Below are positions 56,204-64,000 of a stretch of DNA of 64,000 nucleotides, piece by piece. Below the pieces are notes generated by a model. The model was not told the DNA's origin. It made no database searches and saw nothing but the letters and a program-made list of their open reading frames with translations. This stretch comes from the human T2T-CHM13v2.0 reference genome, Homo sapiens: assembly GCF_009914755.1 (NCBI RefSeq), contig NC_060948.1; one strand, written 5' to 3'. The translations under genes were made by a program, and so were the position numbers. How positions within the stretch are numbered: the first letter of the stretch is position 1; every line of letters begins with the position of its first letter.

Positions 56204-57689
56204 CACAGCATCTCTCTCTGTCACAAAGGCTGCAGTGCAGTGGCACAGTCAGCTTCATTTCTTTTCACCATTCCATTGCATTCCATTCCATCCCTTTCCA
56301 TTCCACTCTATTTCACTCTACTCCACTCCACTCCATTCCATTCCATTCTATTACATTCCATTTCACTCCATTGAATTTCATTCCTTTCTTTCAACAAGAT
56401 ATTACTGTGTCACCCAGGCTGGAATGCTGTGGCACAATCTCAGCTCACATTGCATGTCAACTTTCCGTTGCATTGCATTCTTTCCATTCCATTCCATTCC
56501 ACTCCGTTCCAGTCCACTCAACTCCACTCCACTACATTCCATTATATATGATTCCATTATACTCTATTCCACTACTCTCCACTCCGCTGCACTTCACTCC
56601 ACTCCACTGTACTCCATCCCATTCCATTGCGCTCCACTCCCCTGCACTCCAATCCACCCCACTCCACTTCATTACATTCCATTTCACCTCATTCCATTCC
56701 GCTCCATTCCACCCTACTCCACATCACTCCTCTCCCCTCCAACCCACTCCATTTCATTCCATTGCATTCAACTACATTCCATTCCATTCCTTTCTTTCGA
56801 GAGTATCTCACTCTGTCACCCAGTCTGGAGCACAATGGCAGAAACTTAGCTCACATTTTATTTCACCATTCCATTCCATTCAATTCCATTCCGTTCCACT
56901 CCACTCCACTCCACTCCATTCCAATCCATTCCACTCCACTCCACTCCACTCCATTCCAGTCTACTCCACTTCATTCTATACCATCCCATTCCATTCCCCT
57001 CCTTTCCACTCCACTCCACTCCAGTCCATTGCATTCCATTACACTCCATTCCATTCCATTCCATTCCTTTCTTTTGACAGGATCTCACTCTGTAACCCAG
57101 GCTGGTGTGCAGTGACACAATCTCAGCTCACATTTCATTTCATCATTCCATTCCACTGCGTTCCATTCCACTGCACTCCACTCCACTCCACTCCACTCAA
57201 TTTCACTCCACTCCACTCCCATCCATTCCATTCCATTACATTCTAATCCCTTCTATTCCATTCCCCTCTTTTGACAGGGTCTCCCTCTGTCACGCAGGCT
57301 GTAGCATAGTGGCGAAATCTCAGTAAATATTTCTTTTCAACATTGCATTCCACTCCTTTCCATTCCATTCTGTTCTATTCCATTCTGTTCCATTCCATTC
57401 TGTTCCATTCCATTCCGTTCCGTTCCATTCCACTCCACTCAACTCCATTCCACTCAACTCCACTGCACTCCACTCCACTCCACTCCATTCCATTCCAATC
57501 CATTCAAATCCACTCCACACCACTCCATTCTACTCCCCTCCACTCTACTCCACTCCACTCAATTCCACTGCACTCCACTCCTCTCCATTCCACTCCCCTC
57601 CATTTTCCACAACTCCACTCCACTTCATTCTACTCCACTCCACTCCATTCCATTCCATTCCAATTAATTCCATTCCATTCATTTATTTT
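56204..57689 (+). repeat. Complete A-B-C-D-E higher-order unit (~1.49 kb)
   Basis: A 56204, B 56393, C 56799, D 57076, E 57273, next A 57690. Confidence 0.83.
57076..57131 (-). mobile_element. Alu 3'-end fragment, class D
   Basis: gacaggatctcactctgtaacccaggctggtgtgcagtgacacaatctcagctcac. Confidence 0.88.
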
Positions 57690-58674
57690 CGCAAGATCTC
57701 ACTCGGACACAGAGCCTGCAGTGTAGTTGCACAATCTCGGCTCATATTTCTTTTGACCATTCCATTGCATTCCATTCCATCTCATTCCATTACACTCCGT
57801 TTCACTCCTCTCCACTCCATTCCATTCCACTCCATCCCATTCCATTCGAATTCATTCCACTCCACTCCAATCCACTACTATCCAATCCACTACATTCCAT
57901 TAAATTCGCTTCCATTTCTCTCTATCGATTCCATTCCTTTCTTTCCACAAAATATCACTGTGTCACCCAGGCTGGAAGTGCAGTGGCACAATCTCAGCTC
58001 ACATAACGTGTCAACTTTCCATTGCATAGCATTCTATTCAATTGCATTCCATGGAATTCCATGGCATTCCATTCCATTGCATTCCATTCCATTCCATTTC
58101 ATCCCATTCCAATCCATTAGATTCCACTCCATTCCACTCAACTCCACTCCACTACACTACATTCCATTACATCTGATTCCATTCCACTCCATTGTAATCC
58201 TCTCCAATCCACTGCACTCCACTCCAATCCATTCCACTCTATCCCATTCCATTATGCTCCAATCCACTGCCCTCCACTCCACACCACTCCAATCCACTTC
58301 ATCCCATTCCATTCCATCCCATTCCATTCTTCTCCATTCCACTCCCCTCCACTCCACTCTGTTCCACTATATTCCTTTCCACTCCACTCCATTCCACGCC
58401 ACTCCATTTCACTCCACTGCACTCCACTGCATTCCACTCCACTGCACTCCACTCTACTCCTTTCCACTGCACTCCATTCTATCCCACCTCCACTCCACTC
58501 CATTCCACTTCACTTCAATCCACTCTGTTTGAATCCATTCTATTCCACTCCAATCGACTCCACTCCAATCCACTCCACTCCATTCCACTCCACTCCACTC
58601 CCTTCCACTCCACTCCACTCCACTCCACTCCACTTCCTTCCATTCCATTCCACTCCATTCCTTTCCTTTCTTTC

Positions 58675-58730
58675 CACAGGATCTCACTCTGTCACAAAGG
58701 CTGGAGTGCACTGGAACAATCTCAGCTCAC
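58675..58730 (-). mobile_element. Alu 3'-end fragment, class A
   Basis: cacaggatctcactctgtcacaaaggctggagtgcactggaacaatctcagctcac. Confidence 0.87.
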
Positions 58731-61700
58731 ATTTCTTTTCACAGTTGTATCGCTTTCTATTCCATTCCATTCTATTTCACTTCATTCCACTCCACTCCAC
58801 TCCTCTTTACTCCAATCCACTACATTCCATTACACTCGATAAGATTCCATTCGACTCCATTCCACTCCACTCCTGTCCAGTCCACTCCACTGCACTCCAC
58901 TCCACTCCAATCCACTCCATACCACTCCATTCCATTTCATTTCACTCCATTGCATTCCATTCCTTTCTTTCAACAGGATATCACCGTGTCACACAGGATG
59001 GAGTGCAGTGTCACAATCTCAGCTCACTTTACATGTCAACTTTCCATTACATTGTATTCTATTCCATTGCATTCCATTGCATTCCATGGCATTCCTTTCC
59101 ATTCCATTCCATTCAATTCCATTCCATTCTACTCCGTTCCACTCCATTCCACTCCACTACACTACATTCTGTTACATCCGATTCCATTCCACTCCATTCC
59201 ACACCTCTCCACTCCACTGAACTCCAAGCCTACCCATTCCACTGCATCCCATTCCATTCTGCTATATTCCACTGTACTTCTGTCCACCCCACTCCACTCA
59301 ACTTCATTCCATTCAATTCCATCCTATTCCATTCTTCACCATTCTACTCCACTCCACTCCTTTCCATTCCACTCCAGTCCTTTCCACTCCACTCCATTCC
59401 ACTCGACTCAATTCCACTCCACACCACTCCACTCTAATCCATTCCAATCCACTCCATTCAAATCCACTCCGCTCCACTCCATTCCACCCTCCTGCATTCC
59501 AATCCAACCCACTCCACTCCATTCCCCTCTGCTCCACTCCCTTCCACTCCTCTCCACTCCACTCCCTTGCAGTCCTCTACACTCTGTTGCACTCTACTCC
59601 AATCCACTACCCTTCTGTCCACTCCACTCCACTCCATTATATTCCACCCCACTCCACTCCATTCCATTCCATTAAACTCCATTCCCTTCCATTCCTTTCT
59701 TTCCACCGGATCTCTCTCTGTCACAAAGGCTGTAGTGCAGTGGCACAATCTCAGCTCATATTTCTTTATACCATTCCATTGCATTCCATTCCATCCCATT
59801 CCATTCCACTCTCTTTCACTCCACTCCACTGTACTCTATCCCATTTAACTCCATCCCATTCCATTCGAATCCATTCCACTACAATCCACTCCACTCCATT
59901 CCATTCCATTCCATTCCATTCCATTCCATTCCATTCCATTCCATTCCATTCCATTGCACTTTATTGCATTCCTTTCCTTTCTTTCGACAGGATATCACTG
60001 TTTCACTCAGGTTGGAGTACAGTGGCACATTCTCAGTTCACATTAGATGTGAACTTTCCATTTCATTGCATTCTGTTCAATTGCATTCCAATGCATTCCA
60101 TTCCATTCCATTCCATTCCACTCCTTTCCACTCCACTCCACTGAGGTACGTTCCATTGCATCCGAGTCCATTTCACTCCATTCCAATCCTCTCCACTCCA
60201 CTACACTCCATTCCACTCCATCCCATTCCATTCAGCTCCATTCTACTGCACTCCAATCCAACCCATTCCACTCCATTTCATTCCATTCCATTCCATCCCA
60301 TTCCATTCCTCGCCATTCCTCGCCATTCCACTCCAGTCCACTCCACTCCACTCCAGTTCACTCCATTTCATTGCATTCCATTCCATTCCATTCCATTGCA
60401 TTCCTTTCTTTCGAGAGTATCTCACTCTGTTACCAAGCCTAGAGCACAGTGGCACAATCTCAGCTCGCATTTCATTTCACCATTCCTTTCTGTTCCATTC
60501 CATTCCATTCCATTCCATTCCATTCCATTCCATTCCAATACATTCCATTCCATTCCACCCCATTCCATTCCATTCCATTCTATTTCATTCAATTCCATTA
60601 CATTTGACTCCTTTCCATTCCACTCCACTCCACTCAACTACATTCCATTTCAATCCATTCCACTCCTCTCCAATCCACTCCACTCCACTTTACTCCATTA
60701 CACTCCATCCCATTCCATTCGTCTCCATTCAACTGCACTCCACTCCACCCCAATCCACTCCACTTCATTCCATTCCATCCCCTTCCATTCCTCTCTATTC
60801 CAATCCAATACACTTCACTCCACTCCACTCCACTCCAGTCCACTCCATTTCATTGTTTTCCATTCCATTCCATTCCATTCCACTCCATTCCATTCCATTC
60901 CTTTCTTTCTAGAGTATCTCACTCTTTTACCAAGCCTAGAGCCCAATGGCACAATCTCAGCTCACATTCCATTTCTCCATTCCATTCCATTCCATTCCAC
61001 GCCATTCCAGTTCACTCCTTTCCATTCCCTTCCATCCCTTTCCATTCCACTACTTTCCACTTCTTTCCAGTCCACTCCACTCCACTCTACTCCACTCCAC
61101 TCCATTCTACTCCACTCAATTCCACTTCGCTCAACTCCACTCCACTAAATTCCACTCCACTCCATTCCATTCCATTCCATTCCTTTCCATTCGATTCCAT
61201 TCCATTCCATTCCTTTCCATTCCATCCTTTTCACTCCATTGCATTCCTTTCCTTTCTTTTGACAGGATATCACTGTGTCACTCAGGCTTGAGTGCAGTGG
61301 CACAAACTCGGCTCCCACTACATATCATCTTTCCATAGCATTGCATTCTATTCAAATGCATTCCATTCCATTCCATTGCATGCCATTCCATTCCATTCCA
61401 TTTAATTAAATTCCATTCCATTCCTTTCCCCTCCACTCCACTCCACTCCACTACATTTCATTACATCGGATTCCGTTCGATTCCATTCCACTCCTCTCCA
61501 CTCCACTTCTCGCCACTCCACTCCATTCCACTCCATCCCATTCCATTCTGCTCCATTCCTCTGCACTCCACTCCACCCCACTACACTCCAATTCATTCCA
61601 TTCCATTCTATCACATTCCTTTCCTCTCCATTCCACTGTACTCCGCTTCACTCCATTCCACTCCACTGCATTCCACTCCATTCCATTCCATTCCATCCCA

Positions 61701-63056
61701 TTCCATTTCACTCCATTGCACTCCATTCCTTTCTTTCATCAGGATATCACTGTTACCCAGGCTTGAGTGAAGTGGCACTATCTCAGCTCACATTTCTTTT
61801 CACCATTCCATTCCATTCCTTTCCATTCTGTTCCATTCAATTCCATTCCATTCCACTCCTTTCCACTCCACTCCACTACATTCCATTACACTCCATTCCA
61901 CTCCTCTCCACTCCACTCTACTCCACTCCACTTCATTCCACTCCATCCCACTCCATTCGGCTCCATTTCACTGCACTCCTCTCCACTCCAATCCATGCCA
62001 TTTCATTCCATTCCATCCCATTCCATTTCACTACCTTACAATCCATTCCTTTCTTTCAAAAGGATATCATTGTGTCAGCCAGGCTTAAGTGCAGTGGCAC
62101 AATCTCAGCTCACACTATATATCAACTTTACATTGCCTTGCATTCTATTCCATTGCATTCCATTCCAATCAATTGTATTCCATTCCATTCCATTTCATTC
62201 CATTGCATTCCATTCCATTCCATTCCATTCCATTAAATTCAATTAAGTTCCATTCCATTCCGTTCCACTCCACTCCTCTCCACTACATGTCATTTCTTCT
62301 GATTCCATTCCACTCCTCTCCACTCCACTGCACACCACTCCACTCCATTCCACTCCATCTCATTCCATTCCACTCCATTCCATTGCACTCCACACCACCC
62401 CACTCCACTCCAATTCATTCCATTCCATTCCATCCCATTCCAATCCTCTCCATTCCTCTCTACTCCACTTCATTCTATTCCACTCCACTGCAGTCCACTC
62501 CATTCCATTCCATTGCATTGCATTCCATTCCCTTCTTTCGAGGGTATCTCATTCTGTCACCCAGCCTGGAGTGTAGTGGCACAAACTCAGTTTACATTTC
62601 ATTACCATTCCATTTTACTTCTTTCCATTCCATTCCATTCGATTCCATTCCATTCCATTCCATTCCATTCCATTCCATTCCATTCCATTCCTTTCCGTTC
62701 CATTCCATTCCTTTCCATTCCGTTCCACTGCACTCCAATCCACTCCACTCAATTCCACTACACTCCACCACAATCCATTCCATTCCATTCCATTCCATTC
62801 CATTCCATTCCATTCCATTTGAATCCCTTCCATTCCACTCCTGTCTTTCGACAGAATCTTCCTCTGTCACACAGGCTGTTGTGTAAAGGCACAATCTCAG
62901 CACACATTTCTTTTCACCATTCAATTTCGTTTCATTCTGTTCCATTCCGTTCCGTTCCATTCCGTTCCACTCCACTCCACTCAACTCCATTCCACTCCAC
63001 TCCACTCCACTCCAGCCCATTCAGTTTCACTCCATTGCATTCCATTCCTTTCTTTG

Positions 63057-63112
63057 GACAGGATATCACTGTGTCCCCCAGGCTGGAGTGCAGTGGCACA
63101 ATCTGAGCTCAC
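63057..63112 (-). mobile_element. Alu 3'-end fragment, class B
   Basis: gacaggatatcactgtgtcccccaggctggagtgcagtggcacaatctgagctcac. Confidence 0.88.
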
Positions 63113-64000
63113 ATTAAATGCCAACTTTCCATTGCATTGCGTTCTATTCCATTGCATTGCATTGCATTCCATTCCATTCCATTCCATTCCATTCCATTCC
63201 ATTCCATTCCATTCCATTCCATTCCACTCCATTCCATTCCAATCCCTTCCATTCCACTCTCCTCCACTCTAATCCACTAAATTCCATTTCATCCGCCTCC
63301 CTTCCACTCCTTTCCAGTCCTCTCCACTCCACTGCACTCCTCTCCAATATATTCCACTCCATCCTATTTAATTCTGCTCCATTCCACTGCACTCCACTCC
63401 ACCCCACTCCACTCCACCTCATTCCATTCCATTCTTTCCAATCCCATTCCTCTCCATTCCACTCCACTCCACTTCATTTCACTCCATTCCCCTCCAGTCC
63501 ACTTCATTCCATTCCATTCCATCCTATTCCACTCCACCCCACTCCACTCCATTTCATTGCATTCCCTTCAATCCCATTCCTTTCGTCTCCATTCCACTCC
63601 ACTTCACTCCCCTCTAGTCCAATCCACTCCACTCCACTCCATTCCGTTACATTTCATTCCATTCCATTCCATTCCTCTCCGTTCCACTACACTAAACTCC
63701 GCTGCACAACATTCCATTACATTCGATTTCATTCCACTACATTCCACTCCTCTCACCTCCTCTGCACTCCATGCCACTGCATTCCACTTCATCCTTTCCC
63801 ATTCCGCTCCATTTCACGGCACTCCCCTCCACCCGACTCCACTCCACTTCATTCCATTCCATTCCTTCCCATTCCATTCCACTCCTTTCTACTCCACAAC
63901 TTTACTCCAGTCCACACTAGTCCACTCCATTCGATTCCGTTCCGATGCACTGCATTCTGTTACATTCCTTTCTTTCAAGAATATCTCACTTTGTCACCCA

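Larger units (their letters stand above)
1..64000 (+). repeat. Diverged Satellite III (HSat3)-like (CATTC)n/(CACTC)n pentamer array, composite with Alu fragments; runs off both window ends
   Basis: 5-bp periodicity throughout, with CATTC and CACTC dominant and variants CAATC, CAGTC, CTTTC, CATTG and TATTC. The C-rich strand is on + everywhere except 12967-13034. The HSat2 hallmark CATTCGATTC is only sporadic. Assignment to the SatIII class rests on established knowledge of (GGAAT)n satellites; the subfamily was not determined. Confidence 0.95.
815..64000 (-). mobile_element. About 123 co-amplified ~56-bp Alu right-arm 3'-end fragments (non-mobile remnants) interspersed in the satellite
   Basis: Each matches antisense Alu GAC(A/G)G..TCTCGCTCTGTCGCCCAGGCTGGAGTGCAGTGGCGCGATCTCGGCTCAC with CpG decay and is preceded by a tttcttt(c/t) tract. 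Approximate starts: 815,1076,1843,2265,2577,2889,4379,5034,5739,5950,9626,9873,13934,14216,14386,15302,15559,15729,17191,19902,20154,21592,21954,23480,24178,24459,25236,26399,26658,27289,27724,27989,28501,28788,29160,29267,29488,29954,30286,30643,30961,31353,31718,32004,32231,32667,32914,33444(deleted),34013,34495,34725,35162,35414,35836,36128,36390,36746,37032,37652,37884,38299,38561,38767,39229,39496,40008,40399,40746,41173,41336,41517,41684,41946,42398,42583,43070,43317,43574,43796,44212,44634,44934,46226,46483,46695,46946,47138,49072,49334,49526,49802,50037,51143,51650,52445,52971,53392,53634,54087,54329,54736,55226,55683,56204,56393,56799,57076,57273,57690,57946,58675,58972,59704,59986,60413,60910,61261,61738,62058,62540,62850,63057,63977. 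Confidence 0.92.

Noticed and set aside
2265-63112. Recurrent peptide motifs SHSVTQAGVQWHNLSS / LSPRLECSGTISAH
   Set aside because: These are the familiar translations of antisense Alu sequence, not a protein domain.
9626-63112. A ~10.5-kb periodicity of variant A-B pairs (9873, 20154, 30961, 41946, 63057)
   Set aside because: B cassettes are frequent enough for chance fits and the surrounding context differs. Only the ~21-kb offset has multi-marker support.
1-64000. Hundreds of ORFs up to ~710 aa (HSIPF/HSTPL on +, MEWNG on -)
   Set aside because: (CATTC)n and (CACTC)n contain no stop codon in any frame on either strand, so long overlapping ORFs are expected. All frames give the same pentapeptide, and many starts are TTG/GTG under a bacterial code.
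815-64000. CRISPR-like pattern of a conserved ~56-bp repeat with variable spacers
   Set aside because: The repeat is Alu-derived, the spacers are 50-4000 bp of satellite rather than unique ~35-mers, and there are no cas genes.
1-64000. HSat2 (HSATII), alpha satellite or telomeric repeat
   Set aside because: There is no regular CATTCGATTC/ATGATG 23-26 bp unit, no 171-bp monomer or CENP-B box, and no TTAGGG array.
1-64000. Assignment to a specific chromosome or named array (e.g. a Y-linked DYZ or acrocentric HSat3 subfamily)
   Set aside because: There is no unique flanking sequence in the window, so this needs alignment to reference assemblies.

Overview
This window is primate (human or great-ape type) pericentromeric heterochromatin, not prokaryotic DNA. 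All 64 kb is one diverged Satellite III (HSat3)-like pentamer array with the C-rich strand on +, mixing CATTC with abundant CACTC. About 123 copies (manual count) of one ~56-bp antisense Alu 3'-end fragment interrupt it (consensus gacaggatctcactctgtcacccaggctggagtgcagtggcacaatctcagctcac), all in one orientation and nearly all with the same breakpoints. The fragments fall into about 7 diagnosable classes (A-G). These act as barcodes and reveal a nested structure: ~0.2-0.5 kb monomers, a ~1.5-1.6 kb A-B-C-D-E higher-order unit, 1.35, 1.5-2 and 2.85 kb duplications, and an apparent ~21 kb super-repeat. Two complex junctions stand out: a ~68-bp inverted insert at 12967-13034 that replaces a cassette, and a templated 67-bp patch next to a deleted cassette at 33363-33471. 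No protein-coding gene, RNA gene or CRISPR array is supported, and the ORF track is an artefact of the stop-free pentamer. Species, chromosome and novelty cannot be established without a database search. Coordinates were read by eye and may be off by a few bases.
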